This document shows positions 38,944-50,041 of a stretch of DNA of 64,000 bases, piece by piece (positions within the stretch are counted from its first letter, which is position 1; each line of letters begins with the position of its first letter). This stretch comes from Minisyncoccota bacterium (lineage in GTDB: Bacteria; Patescibacteriota; Minisyncoccia; JAHIHE01; JAGLIN01), in assembly GCA_028690055.1 (NCBI GenBank), contig JAQVBZ010000006.1:392-64391 (forward strand), written 5' to 3'. Both the position numbers and the translations under genes were made by a program. The notes beneath the pieces were generated by a model that was not told the DNA's origin, searched no databases, and saw only the letters and a list, made by a program, of their open reading frames with translations.

Positions 38944-40011
38944 TTATTTCAGGCGATAGACTTTGTTCGGGAGTTTCTCAAAATTTTTCTTGTTCTGCAG
39001 ATTGAGGACGACAGTATTTCTCTTGACTTGTCTTCGTCCCATAACCTCTTTGATAATTTCCTCCTGATCCATTGTCCCACCTTTTTCTTTCATTATTTCC
39101 ATTATAACATCAAGTACCACTCCAGGTCTATAACCCCATTCCTTCAGAGCGTAAATTCCGCGTCCGATCAGCACAAAACGGACATCCTTGATAAGCTCAT
39201 TGTGGACAGTTTGATTGTTGGTCGGTTTCTTGCTCGTCCAAAAACCGTTGATTTTGCCGGTAATTTCCGTAAAGTGCAGTGGCTTATCTTCTCGCTTGAG
39301 CGCGAGATAAGCCTTGTCTTTGACACTCTTAGGGTTGATATGCGGCCATTTGTGATGTCCCCACTGCCCGAGAATATTTTCCAACACGAGCTTGTTCACG
39401 TCCAGATAGGAACGGATCGACTCGTGCGAAAATTCATTCATACCTTCTTTCTTCACGCTCTTGCGCGCCAGCTCCACCAATTCATTGAAGCTTAGGCTCT
39501 TTTTGGTTGTCCGAAAATAATCTTCCAAAATCTCCAAGGTCTTTTCAAAAATCTCCACACCACTCGTTTCATAAAAATAAAATTTCTTATGACTCAGGCC
39601 CTCCTTGGATTTCTGGATAGACGGATCCAGGTCCAAAAGTAAAACAACAATCTGCTTGTTCAGATTTTTATCTCCTCCATCAAAAAGACATTTGACCAAC
39701 CGATCTTCTCCGACCAATCCGCCACTTTCCTCGATGACATTCTTTACATAATCGAACACCCTCTCCAAATCATACTTCACGACATTCGCCTTGAGTTTGG
39801 CGATAGATTCCGTTTCAATCTGCCTGACCCGCTCGCGGGTAATATCATACTCCTTGCCGATCCGATCCAGCGTCTGTACACCTTTGCTATCAAGATTGTA
39901 TCTCTTGATAATAACATTGCGTTGTCTGTCGCTCAATACTTTGAGCATATCAAAAACCAACTTGTTAAGGTCGATTTTTAAATCGCCTTTTCCTTCTAAT
40001 CGCTTGTTCAT
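38944..40011 (-). CDS. Putative transcription factor: N-terminal sigma-70 region-4-like HTH plus C-terminal HARE-HTH (RNAP delta-like) domain
   Basis: The N-terminus (LSDRQRNVIIKRYNL...TLDRIGKEYDITRERVRQIETESIAKLK) matches sigma-70 region 4. The C-terminus (FTEITGKINGFW...RFVLIGRGIYALKEWGY) matches the HARE-HTH pattern. It ends 18 bp upstream of the membrane-protein gene. Confidence 0.5.
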   Translation of the reverse strand: MNKRLEGKGDLKIDLNKLVFDMLKVLSDRQRNVIIKRYNLDSKGVQTLDRIGKEYDITRERVRQIETESIAKLKANVVKYDLERVFDYVKNVIEESGGLVGEDRLVKCLFDGGDKNLNKQIVVLLLDLDPSIQKSKEGLSHKKFYFYETSGVEIFEKTLEILEDYFRTTKKSLSFNELVELARKSVKKEGMNEFSHESIRSYLDVNKLVLENILGQWGHHKWPHINPKSVKDKAYLALKREDKPLHFTEITGKINGFWTSKKPTNNQTVHNELIKDVRFVLIGRGIYALKEWGYRPGVVLDVIMEIMKEKGGTMDQEEIIKEVMGRRQVKRNTVVLNLQNKKNFEKLPNKVYRLK

Positions 40012-40217
40012 ATGTTTTATAATTTATCCTTTAATATCAAAAATAGTACTGCCATAATATATCACGATTAAAAAGAGGTGTCAAGCTTTTGCAATTTAAG
40101 AAACGCATTATACCATTTTTGCAAAATATTATTTTAATCAAAAATACCATTCCGTCTTGTTCGAAATGCGTACTAGCCCGAAGGATTCGGAGAGTAAATA
40201 AGATATTACATCTACAT

Positions 40218-40324
40218 GGAGTAGCGGGATTTATCCCGCGCGGCTATCACAAGCCGATAAATGCGCTATATACATTCCTTTTTTCCTGCGTGGAACAACT
40301 GCGCAGACTGAAGTCTGCTACTCC
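40218..40324 (+). repeat. R2 element copy B
   Basis: It has GGAGTAGC...GCTACTCC termini and internal hairpins (GCGGGATTTATCCCGC and GCAGACTGAAGTCTGC). It is the reverse complement of copy C. Confidence 0.85.
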
Positions 40325-41122
40325 ATTTTATATATCAACCAGTGAGGAGAAGAAATAAAGAATATTTAAATCTTATGTGGACCGGGTCTGGAGACCACGC
40401 TCCGGCAAACGCAAAAAAACAGCGAACCCGAAGATCTGCTGTTTTTATGCGGGAGCAGATTTGAATCTACTCCATCTCTGCGCGGGAACAGGCTTAAACC
40501 TGTTCTTTCTCTTAAACGCCTACAAACTTTCGATTGAAGACTTTTCCAAAACCGCAAAGGTTTGTGGGTTTGGAAAAAGATTTAGGGAGGGCAGTTATTA
40601 TACCCCAAACCTCCCCAATTGCGTTTTTTTAATTGCTACATTTTTGAAAGCTTTCATCGGAATACTATATACTTTTGGGTCCTCGCAAGTTAGTATCAAG
40701 CTCCGAAGCTCCTTATTGTTGTATGCAAGAGATAAATAATATCCGTTTGCACACACTATGATTACAGTTCCTATGGGAATGGGAAGTTCGTTGACCCATT
40801 GAACATTTTTCTCTTCTATCTCCACTCCTTCTTCCAAAAAAACCCTTTACATCTTCTACAGTAAAAAAATTCATAATTCTCCTCCTTTTAGGTGTTTTTT
40901 TGTTTCTATTATTTTATTCTTTTTGACTTAAGAGCTTAACCGTAATATTTTACAATTAAATCCTTAATCAAAGATTTTTTTAAAAAGCTCTCCTTACTAA
41001 ACCAGGGAGGATAACGAAGGCGATTTTGTTTTTTCTTTCGGCGATGGGAAACTATAATATAATTTATGTCCCGAACGATTAAACTCTCTCCTTCGTAATT
41101 CTCGCTGGTTTATATATAAGGT

Positions 41123-41229
41123 GGAGTAGCAGACTTCAGTCTGCGCGGTTGTCCCACGCGAGAAAGAAGAAATATATACCTCGCATTTTTCGGCTTGTGA
41201 TAGCCGCGCGGGATAAATCCCGCTACTCC
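41123..41229 (-). repeat. R2 element copy C (inverted relative to copy B)
   Basis: It matches the reverse complement of 40218-40324 at nearly every position. Together the two copies bracket 770 bp of non-coding DNA. Confidence 0.85.
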
Positions 41230-41359
41230 ATGTAAACGGAATTTCCTATGTAACTCCAGATTCCTTAGTGATAAATAACGAATGTGGCACTATTTTTCAT
41301 TCATAACTTGCCATCATAGCACAGCATTACATATTTGTCAAGTATTTTCTTTACAACCC

Positions 41360-41388
41360 TTGACTTCTTCCTAAAAATCATCTAGAAT
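41360..41388 (+). promoter_or_regulatory. Sigma-70-like promoter of the atp operon: TTGACT, 17-nt spacer, TAGAAT
   Basis: TTGACT is at 41360-41365 and TAGAAT at 41383-41388. This is ~37 bp upstream of the atpB start. Confidence 0.6.
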
Positions 41389-41424
41389 GCCTCTGTTATT
41401 AAGTAAGAAAGTAAATCAGAAGAA

Positions 41425-42168
41425 ATGGAAATTTCTATCGCAGCAGAGACAGTTACTCATATTCTAGGAATACCGATTACAAATTCCCTGCTAGCCTCAT
41501 TACTCACTACAGTGGTTCTGGTAACCATAAGCTATTTTGCTACCAAAAATCTGAAAGAAGTCCCGCGCGGGATACAGAGTTTCATAGAATATGCTGTTGA
41601 GAGCCTATATAATATGATTCAGGACGTGACGGACGACAAGGAAAAGACTTATAAGTTCTTCCCTTTCGTTGCCACGATTTTTTTGTTTATAATCACCTCC
41701 AACTGGATGGGACTTCTTCCCGGATACGGCACGCTGGGAATTTACGAAGAAACAGCAGAGGGCGAGCAGATTCTGGTGTCATTCTTCAGGTCTGCCAACA
41801 GTGACCTCAATTCCACGATCGCTTTGGCCGTCGTCGGCGTATTATCTATACAGTTGATGGGAATCGCAGTTTTGGGTTTTGCGAAATATAGCAAGAAATT
41901 CCTCAACTTCAGCTCTCCTATCGCTTTTTTCATCGGTCTACTGGAAATCATCAGTGAGATCGCCAAGATGATTTCGTTTTCATTCAGACTTTTCGGGAAT
42001 ATATTCGCGGGAGAAGTCCTACTAACCGTCATAATGACCCTCGCGCCATTTGTGGCGCCACTGCCTTTCTTTGGATTGGAGCTCTTCGTGGGATTCATTC
42101 AGGCGTTAGTGTTCGCGATGCTTCTACTTGTCTTTATGAATATAGCGACTATGGAACACGAGGAATAA
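41425..42168 (+). CDS. atpB: F0F1 ATP synthase subunit a
   Basis: The conserved Arg-containing helix (FSFRLFGNIFAGEV) and five TM helices are present. It is the first gene of the atp cluster. Confidence 0.9.
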   Translation: MEISIAAETVTHILGIPITNSLLASLLTTVVLVTISYFATKNLKEVPRGIQSFIEYAVESLYNMIQDVTDDKEKTYKFFPFVATIFLFIITSNWMGLLPGYGTLGIYEETAEGEQILVSFFRSANSDLNSTIALAVVGVLSIQLMGIAVLGFAKYSKKFLNFSSPIAFFIGLLEIISEIAKMISFSFRLFGNIFAGEVLLTVIMTLAPFVAPLPFFGLELFVGFIQALVFAMLLLVFMNIATMEHEE

Positions 42169-42228
42169 TAAATTTGAATACTGATAAGTTTATATATATT
42201 TAGTTAATTAATTCACTAAAAGAAGAAT

Positions 42229-42462
42229 ATGGAACTAACGACAGAAAACCTTCAGATCATTTTCGCGTCAGCGACAATCGTTCTCGGAGCTATCACACCT
42301 TCATTGGCTATCGGAAAGATTGCGAGTACAGGATTGGAAGCAATCGGACGAAACCCGGAAGCAGCTGCGGATGTGAAATCGACCATGATCTTGGGTGTGG
42401 CTTTTGCGGAAGCAATCGCTATCTACTCTTTGGTAGTAGCCCTTATCATCAAGTTTGTATAA
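42229..42462 (+). CDS. atpE: F0F1 ATP synthase subunit c
   Basis: The protein is a 77-aa hairpin with the GLEAIGRNPEAA loop and the carboxylate Glu in AFAEAIAIY. Confidence 0.9.
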   Translation: MELTTENLQIIFASATIVLGAITPSLAIGKIASTGLEAIGRNPEAAADVKSTMILGVAFAEAIAIYSLVVALIIKFV

Positions 42463-42536
42463 TAAATCGGGGCTTGCCCCCCTTTTATGTTAGAACATAA
42501 TGCTTATGTTCTAAATAACGAAACAAAAGACAGACG

Positions 42537-42570
42537 TCATCCAGAGGTATCCTGAAGGATCCCATTACTA
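42537..42570 (+). repeat. R1 repeat arm inside the atpE-atpF spacer
   Basis: GTCATCCAGAGGTATCCTGAAGGATCCCATTAC. Confidence 0.7.
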
Positions 42571-42729
42571 AATCGTAAAACGTTGTATAACGTCTTATCG
42601 GTATGGTTTCGGGTTTTTCACCTCGCTTGCGAAATTCACCCTCGACCGCAATCAAAGGTTCGCAGTAACAATCATAATTTTGTTTCATTATTCGGAATAT
42701 AAAATTAAATAATTTAAAAGATAAAGTCT

Positions 42730-43224
42730 ATGGAGTTATTTACCAAGCTGGGAATAAATGGAGCGCTTTTGATTTCACAAATCGTCAATTTCACTCTTCT
42801 TATAATCCTTCTCAAGAAATACGCCTACTCGCCGGTCCTGAAGGTGCTGAGCGACCGCTCGGATAAGATCGAGAAAAGTCTGGAACAGGCCAAAAAGATA
42901 GAAGAGGAACTCAGGAACACTGAAGAAACCAAAGTGACGGAAATAAAGAAGGCCAAAGAAGAAGCGGCGGAAATCGTCAAAAAGTCCTACGACGTTGCGC
43001 AGGCGAATTCTGAAAAAGCCATTGACGAGACCCGTAAAAAGACGCAGGAAATCGTCGCCAAGGCCAAGGAAGAGATTCAGGACGAAAAAGTCAGATCAGT
43101 AAAAGAAGCGGAAAAAGAAATCGCCGATCTGGCCATATCGATAGCAGAGAAGATCATCCATAAGAACTTGGATAGCGCTGTCGAGAAGAAATTGGCAGAA
43201 GAGACTTTGTCTAAAATAAAATAG
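42730..43224 (+). CDS. atpF: F0F1 ATP synthase subunit b
   Basis: An N-terminal TM helix is followed by a long charged coiled coil. The position in the operon supports the call. Confidence 0.8.
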   Translation: MELFTKLGINGALLISQIVNFTLLIILLKKYAYSPVLKVLSDRSDKIEKSLEQAKKIEEELRNTEETKVTEIKKAKEEAAEIVKKSYDVAQANSEKAIDETRKKTQEIVAKAKEEIQDEKVRSVKEAEKEIADLAISIAEKIIHKNLDSAVEKKLAEETLSKIK

Positions 43225-43228
43225 CACT

Positions 43229-43615
43229 ATGAAGATAACACCCAAACAATATGCCATCAGTCTCTACGAGATTACCAGAGACGCGAAGAAGGAAGAATCA
43301 AGCGAGATGATAAAAAGTTTCGTAGACCTCCTGCGCTTCAATAACAATCTCTCGATGGAGAAAAGGATCGTCGAAGAATACCAGAAATACTGCCGCAAAC
43401 AGAAAGGTATTTCCAAGGTCAGGATAAAGAGCGGCGAGAAACTGAGTCCGGAAATCGTGAGCAGCATCGTCAAACACTTCGCTGGACAAGTCGAGCTTGA
43501 AGAAGAAGTGGAGCCGAACCTCATCGGCGGTATCTCGATAGAAATCGACGATGACACGCTGATTGACGGCAGTGTCAGGAAAAAGCTGGAAAATTTAAGA
43601 CAGGCCATAGGTTGA
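43229..43615 (+). CDS. atpH: F0F1 ATP synthase subunit delta (short OSCP-like form)
   Basis: Position between atpF and atpA. C-terminal GGISIEIDDDTLIDGSVRKKLENL matches the delta C-terminus. Confidence 0.75.
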   Translation: MKITPKQYAISLYEITRDAKKEESSEMIKSFVDLLRFNNNLSMEKRIVEEYQKYCRKQKGISKVRIKSGEKLSPEIVSSIVKHFAGQVELEEEVEPNLIGGISIEIDDDTLIDGSVRKKLENLRQAIG

Positions 43616-43647
43616 ATTTAAATATTTTATAAATAAAAGTAATAAGT

Positions 43648-45180
43648 ATGAATAGCTATATCATAGAGAATCTCAAGAAGCAGATTGCCGGAGCCAAAAC
43701 GGAAGCTCAGGTGGAAAAAGTCGGAAAGGTCATCAAGATCGGAGACGGCGTGGCCACTTTGAACGGTATCAGCGAAGTTATGAGCGGTGAGCTTTTGGAA
43801 TTCCAAAACGGCATCTTCGGCGTGGCCCTCAACCTAGAGGAAGACGGCGTGGGTGTGATGATTATGGGAGATTATAAGAAAATCAAGGAAGGTGACGTCG
43901 CTAAGAGCACCGGTAGGATTTTGGAAGTGCCGGTAGGAGAAGCGATGGTAGGTAGAGTGGTAAATGCCTTGGGAGAACCTTTGGACGGAATGGGTGAAAT
44001 CAAGACCGATAAATTCTTCCCGGTGGAAAAAGTCGCGCCGCGTGTTATAACCCGTAAATCAGTAGATACCCCTCTCCAAACCGGAATCAAAGCCATAGAC
44101 TCGATGATACCGATTGGAAAAGGACAGCGTGAACTCATCATCGGCGACCGCCAGATCGGAAAGACTGCGATTGCTATCGATACCATTATCAACCAGAAAG
44201 GCAAAGACGTAACCTGTATCTACGTCGCTATCGGACAGAAAGAGTCCAAAATCGCCAAAATCGTCGCCAGACTCAAAGAAACGGGCGCAATGGAACACAC
44301 CATTATCGTGTTAGCTGGTGCTTCCGATCCGGCAGCTATGTCATATATCGCTCCTTACGCCGGATGTGCGATGGGAGAATTCTTTATGGACCAAGGCAAG
44401 GATGCGCTCATCATTTACGATGATTTGACCAAACACGCGCAAGCTTACCGCCAGATATCACTGATTCTGCGCAGACCGCCAGGACGTGAAGCTTATCCGG
44501 GGGATGTCTTCTATCTCCACTCCAGACTTTTGGAGCGTGCCGCTAAATTGGACGAGAAATACGGAGGCGGATCATTAACTGCCCTGCCGATTATCGAAAC
44601 CCAGGCGGGGGACGTCAGTGCTTATATTCCAACCAACGTAATTTCCATCACCGACGGACAGATTTTCTTGGAAACCGACCTCTTCTATCAAGGTATAAGA
44701 CCAGCTATCAACCCGGGTATTTCAGTATCACGTGTAGGATCCGCCGCCCAGACCAAAGCTATGAAGAAAGTTGCCGGTAAATTGCGTTTGGAATTGGCCC
44801 AGTTCCGTGAAATGGCCGCTTTCGCACAGTTCTCATCCGACCTCGACAAAGAGACAAAGAACAAGATTGAAAGAGGAAAGAGACTTACGGAAGTGCTTAA
44901 ACAAGAACAGTATTCTCCCCTTTCCGTTTCCCAGCAGGTAACTATCATCTTCGCAACCATCAACGGCTTCTTGGATGAGATAAAGGTGGAAGACGTAAAG
45001 AAATTCGAAGCAGAACTCTTAGCCTACGTCGGCGAACAAAAAGCTGAAATTTTCGAAAACATCGAGAAAGAAAAAACCATTTCCGATGACACCGACAAGA
45101 TGTTGCGCGAAACCGTCGAAGATTTCAAGAATGCTTTTATAAAACAAGACGCTCCGGAAAAGACGGAAAAAAAGAAATAA
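43648..45180 (+). CDS. atpA: F0F1 ATP synthase subunit alpha
   Basis: The Walker A is [13 protein letters not shown], in a 510-aa protein. Confidence 0.95.
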   Translation: MNSYIIENLKKQIAGAKTEAQVEKVGKVIKIGDGVATLNGISEVMSGELLEFQNGIFGVALNLEEDGVGVMIMGDYKKIKEGDVAKSTGRILEVPVGEAMVGRVVNALGEPLDGMGEIKTDKFFPVEKVAPRVITRKSVDTPLQTGIKAIDSMIPIGKGQRELIIGDRQIGKTAIAIDTIINQKGKDVTCIYVAIGQKESKIAKIVARLKETGAMEHTIIVLAGASDPAAMSYIAPYAGCAMGEFFMDQGKDALIIYDDLTKHAQAYRQISLILRRPPGREAYPGDVFYLHSRLLERAAKLDEKYGGGSLTALPIIETQAGDVSAYIPTNVISITDGQIFLETDLFYQGIRPAINPGISVSRVGSAAQTKAMKKVAGKLRLELAQFREMAAFAQFSSDLDKETKNKIERGKRLTEVLKQEQYSPLSVSQQVTIIFATINGFLDEIKVEDVKKFEAELLAYVGEQKAEIFENIEKEKTISDDTDKMLRETVEDFKNAFIKQDAPEKTEKKK

Positions 45181-45190
45181 AACCTTAATT

Positions 45191-45233
45191 GTTATCCCGA
45201 AGGGCGTACTCGCCTGAGGGATTTGGGAAATAT
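45191..45233 (+). repeat. R1 repeat arm in the atpA-atpG spacer
   Basis: GTTATCCCGAAGGGCGTACTCGCCTGAGGGATTTGGGAAATATG. Confidence 0.7.
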
Positions 45234-45315
45234 GTTAAGACTATGACAATATTATTTTTATCTTAAACTTATATTCGCATAGTATTATTCCCTGACTTCT
45301 CGCAAGCGCTTCGAA

Positions 45316-46242
45316 ATGACAGATATAATATTTATAAATATGGAATCGACCAGAACTATAAAAAGACAGATCCAGTCCACCAAGAACATCGCCAAGATTA
45401 CCAAGGCGATGGAGATGGTTTCGGCTGCCAAAATGAGGAGAAGCCAAGAAGCGGCGCTCATCGCCAGACCTTACGCGGAAGCGGCACTCAAACTTCTGGG
45501 CAATGTCAGTAACTCCTTGGAAGAAAAAAAGGACTATCCTCTCACCCATAAACGTGAAGTCGAAAAGCTTTGCCTTCTAGTCATCACTTCCGACAAGGGG
45601 CTCTGTGGCGCGCTCAACAGTTCGATCCTCAAAGAAGCGAGCCGGATTATCAATGAGAACCAAGACAAAGAAATCTGCTTGGTCACTATCGGCAAAAAAG
45701 GTGAAAAATTCTTCCGAGGTAAACAGAAAGTCATCGCCGTCTTCGACAGCATCGGAGACACCGTGGAATTAATGGAGACTCTACCCATTTCCCATCTACT
45801 GATGAAGGATTTTTTGGCGGAAGACTATGACAAAGTTATTGCTGTTTATACCGACTTTGTCTCTACTTTGAAGCAAAGCGTAAAAACAAGAACCCTTCTT
45901 CCTGTAAGCGAGGAGAGTATCAAGAAGACCATCGACGAATTGGGAATTAACGAGATAGGACGCACCAAAAAGATGAAAGATGCGACAGAATATATTTTCG
46001 AACCGTCGCCGGAAGAGGTCCTGGAAAAGCTCCTGCCTAACTTGGTAGAAACGCAAGTATTCCACGTAGTTTTGGAGTCCAACGCTTCCGAGCACAGCGC
46101 GCGTATGGTGGCGATGAAAAGCTCCACCGACAACGCTCAGGACATGTTGGAAGATCTCAAACTCTACTACAACAGCGCCAGACAAGGAAAGATTACACAG
46201 GAAATGACTGAGATTGCAGCAGGAGTTGCGGCACAGGAATAA
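45316..46242 (+). CDS. atpG: F0F1 ATP synthase subunit gamma
   Basis: The N-terminal ITKAMEMVSAAKMRRSQ helix is present. The true start is probably the Met at 45340 (MESTRTIKRQIQS...). Confidence 0.9.
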   Translation: MTDIIFINMESTRTIKRQIQSTKNIAKITKAMEMVSAAKMRRSQEAALIARPYAEAALKLLGNVSNSLEEKKDYPLTHKREVEKLCLLVITSDKGLCGALNSSILKEASRIINENQDKEICLVTIGKKGEKFFRGKQKVIAVFDSIGDTVELMETLPISHLLMKDFLAEDYDKVIAVYTDFVSTLKQSVKTRTLLPVSEESIKKTIDELGINEIGRTKKMKDATEYIFEPSPEEVLEKLLPNLVETQVFHVVLESNASEHSARMVAMKSSTDNAQDMLEDLKLYYNSARQGKITQEMTEIAAGVAAQE

Positions 46243-46625
46243 AGTTTGTCATCCTATAAGAATCTCTTCGATAGTTGAAGAGATTCTACGAAATAATAAA
46301 AGCACGTTTAAAATTTAGAGATTGATTTTTGGGAAAAATCTATCAGGAGGAATACAAATAGCAGCAATAGAACATCCATTAAAAATAGAAGTTATATATA
46401 AAAAAGAAAAAGAGGAAGAACTCAGAAAAAAAATTAGAGCCGCGTTAGAGGACCCCCTTACCAAAGAACCACAGATTAGAATCTTTCCTGCAAAATAAAG
46501 GAGAGGTAGTAGCAATGATCTTTCAAACAAACAGATCATACTGGTTAAGACAGGCATTACTCGGGAAAAAGTGTTTCCAAGATAGGATATACTGCCTACT
46601 TAGGTTCATAGAAACTTTTTCCTGA

Positions 46626-48074
<1,449 letters not shown>

Positions 48075-48097
48075 GAGATATTTCTTAAGTTTCCCAT

Positions 48098-48520
48098 ATG
48101 AAAATAGATTTACAAGTAGTCACGCCGGAAAAAATCGCCTTCAAGGGCGAGATTAATCAGATATCTCTCCCGACCAAAAACGGGCAGATTACTATTTTGC
48201 CTAACCATATTTCTCTGGTGAGTACCATCGAAGGCGGAGAGCTTATCATCAAAAATGATAAGGAGGAGACTTTGCTGGCAGTCTACGGTGGTTTTGTGGA
48301 AGTTCGGAAAAATCAGGTGCGGGTGATGACTGATGTCGCACAGCGCGTGGACGAAATCGACGAAGAAAAGGCACAGAAAGCTCGCGATGAGGCACAGAAA
48401 AGACTCACGCAAAAGGATCAGATGAGTGATGTCGATTTCGCCGATGCGTTAAGACAGTTGGAAAAATCTTTGGCTTTATTGAAAGTAGCCGGTAGTATAA
48501 AGAGGAGAGGGATTAAGTAA
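48098..48520 (+). CDS. atpC: F0F1 ATP synthase subunit epsilon
   Basis: An N-terminal beta-sandwich (LQVVTPEKIAFKGEI) is followed by a helical C-terminus, at the last position in the operon. Confidence 0.85.
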   Translation: MKIDLQVVTPEKIAFKGEINQISLPTKNGQITILPNHISLVSTIEGGELIIKNDKEETLLAVYGGFVEVRKNQVRVMTDVAQRVDEIDEEKAQKARDEAQKRLTQKDQMSDVDFADALRQLEKSLALLKVAGSIKRRGIK

Positions 48521-48525
48521 ACCGA

Positions 48526-48647
48526 CGTGTCATTCTGAGGTACACCAAAGAATCCCGAACTTTAACTCGCGAAACCTTATTCAGGGTTTATATTTCATGG
48601 TAACGGGATCCTTCGCTCCGCTATCGCTACACTTAGGATGACAGGTA
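48526..48647. repeat. R1 MITE-like unit immediately after atpC (inverted arms)
   Basis: GTCATTCTGAGGTACACCAAAGAATCCCGAAC at 48526 and the inverted CGGGATCCTTCGCTCCGC...CTTAGGATGACAG at 48605-48647. Confidence 0.8.
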
Positions 48648-48657
48648 ATTAATCGAA

Positions 48658-49557
48658 ATGAATTTAAAAGAAGCGATTACCTTCGCACAAATCAAACTCA
48701 AAGAAAAAGGCATAACTTCCGCACCACTAGATGCGGAAGTTTTGCTATTGGCGGCAATTGATGGAGAAAATAAAGATAAGAGCTGGATGTATCTCAACTT
48801 GGAAAAATATATTTTATCCCCGGAAGAAGAAAAAACTTTCAAGAGTTTCATCCGGCGCCGGGAAAAAAACGAACCTGCCGCCTACATCACAGGCAAAAAA
48901 GAATTTTATGGCATCGATTTTTTTGTAGACAAGAATGTTCTGATTCCGCGGGTTGAAACCGAAATCATCGTGGACGAAGTCCTTGCTATTGTTAAAAGCG
49001 CTAAAGACAATCTCACGCTGATCGACATCGGCACCGGATCGGGATGCATTCCGATCAGCATTCTTAAAACCATCGATGCGTCCGGATTGTCTCGCTGGAT
49101 AAAAAAGGTGTATGCCGATGACATCTCCGACAACGCCTTAAAAGTTGCCCGCACCAATGCCAAGCTGCATAAAGTCTCCCCCCTGATTACTTTTTTGGAT
49201 TGCGACCTGGAAATCGCTTTGGACAAAATCAAGAAGAGCAAGAATCTGATCCTGACCGCCAACTTGCCCTACATTTCTCCAGAAGGTTATGAAAAACTTG
49301 CGCCTAATATCAAGAGTTTTGAACCCAAAATCGCCCTGACAACTAAAAATAAAGGCCTATATCACATTACTCGCCTCATCGAAAAATTTGCCGCCCTGAG
49401 TCCGCATATGAGTTCATATCACATTTTCTTGGAGGCAGACCCCATGCAGATGAAGAGTATCGAGAGTCTTGCGAAAAAAAATCTGCAAAATACCAAGACA
49501 GAAATCATCAGAGACCTGCGCGGCAAGAAAAGAGTCGCAAAGATTTATAAAAAATGA
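48658..49557 (+). CDS. prmC: Release-factor glutamine N5-methyltransferase (PrmC/HemK family)
   Basis: A SAM-binding DIGTGSGCI and a catalytic NPPY-like tetrad (TANLPY) are present. Confidence 0.75.
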   Translation: MNLKEAITFAQIKLKEKGITSAPLDAEVLLLAAIDGENKDKSWMYLNLEKYILSPEEEKTFKSFIRRREKNEPAAYITGKKEFYGIDFFVDKNVLIPRVETEIIVDEVLAIVKSAKDNLTLIDIGTGSGCIPISILKTIDASGLSRWIKKVYADDISDNALKVARTNAKLHKVSPLITFLDCDLEIALDKIKKSKNLILTANLPYISPEGYEKLAPNIKSFEPKIALTTKNKGLYHITRLIEKFAALSPHMSSYHIFLEADPMQMKSIESLAKKNLQNTKTEIIRDLRGKKRVAKIYKK

Positions 49558-49762
49558 CAAGACGATAACACAATGCGGGAGCAAGTTTAAACCGGCTTCT
49601 TTCAGTTTTAAATCTCAATACGAGTTCTTGTTAGATTAATCTTCTCCAAACCGACATAAAGACCTTAAGATTAATTCCGTTTAAACTAAAAAACAAAAGG
49701 AGCAAGTGAATACCCTCTCCCGCATCAACATCCACCGACACCAGCCCATAAAGACAAACATA

Positions 49763-49793
49763 AAACCGACCGCCATAAAGGCGATCGGTTTTA
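49763..49793. terminator. Bidirectional rho-independent terminator hairpin (AAACCGACCGCC-ATAAA-GGCGATCGGTTTT)
   Basis: A 10-bp stem with one mismatch is flanked by A- and T-runs. It lies between prmC and the convergent histone-like gene. Confidence 0.6.
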
Positions 49794-49819
49794 TTTGTGA
49801 AAGTTTGTTTAGAAAAATA

Positions 49820-50041
49820 TTATTTCTTCTTCTTAGCAGCGACTTTCTTCTTAGCGGCCGGTTTCTTCTTAGCAGCGACTTTTTTAACAGTCTTCTTGGC
49901 AGCTACCTTCTTCTTCGGGGCAGCTTTCTTTACAGCCTTCTTAACAGTCTTCTTTACAACTTTTTTCACAGCCTTCTTGGCTACCTTCTTCTTCGGGGCA
50001 GCTTTTTTAGCAGTTGTCTTTTTTGTTACCATTTGAAACAC
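49820..50041 (-). CDS. Lysine/alanine-rich histone H1-like DNA-binding protein (KKAA/KKTV repeats)
   Basis: An AGGAGGTG RBS lies 7 nt upstream of the ATG at 50041. The 73-aa product is almost entirely K/A/V/T repeats and a terminator follows downstream. The DNA repeats themselves generate the antisense ORFs. Confidence 0.7.
   Translation of the reverse strand: MFQMVTKKTTAKKAAPKKKVAKKAVKKVVKKTVKKAVKKAAPKKKVAAKKTVKKVAAKKKPAAKKKVAAKKKK

Noticed and set aside
38524-39495. 323-aa plus-strand ORF
   Set aside because: It is antisense to the membrane protein and HTH regulator genes and is a shadow ORF.
40377-40837. Short ORFs (63-120 aa) between the inverted R2 pair
   Set aside because: There is no RBS, the ORFs overlap one another on opposite strands, and they contain R2 fragments. 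The only possible starts are non-ATG.
46315-46557. 80-aa minus-strand ORF in the atpG-atpD spacer
   Set aside because: It is antisense to the better-supported RBS-preceded sORF and sits inside an operon transcribed from the other strand.
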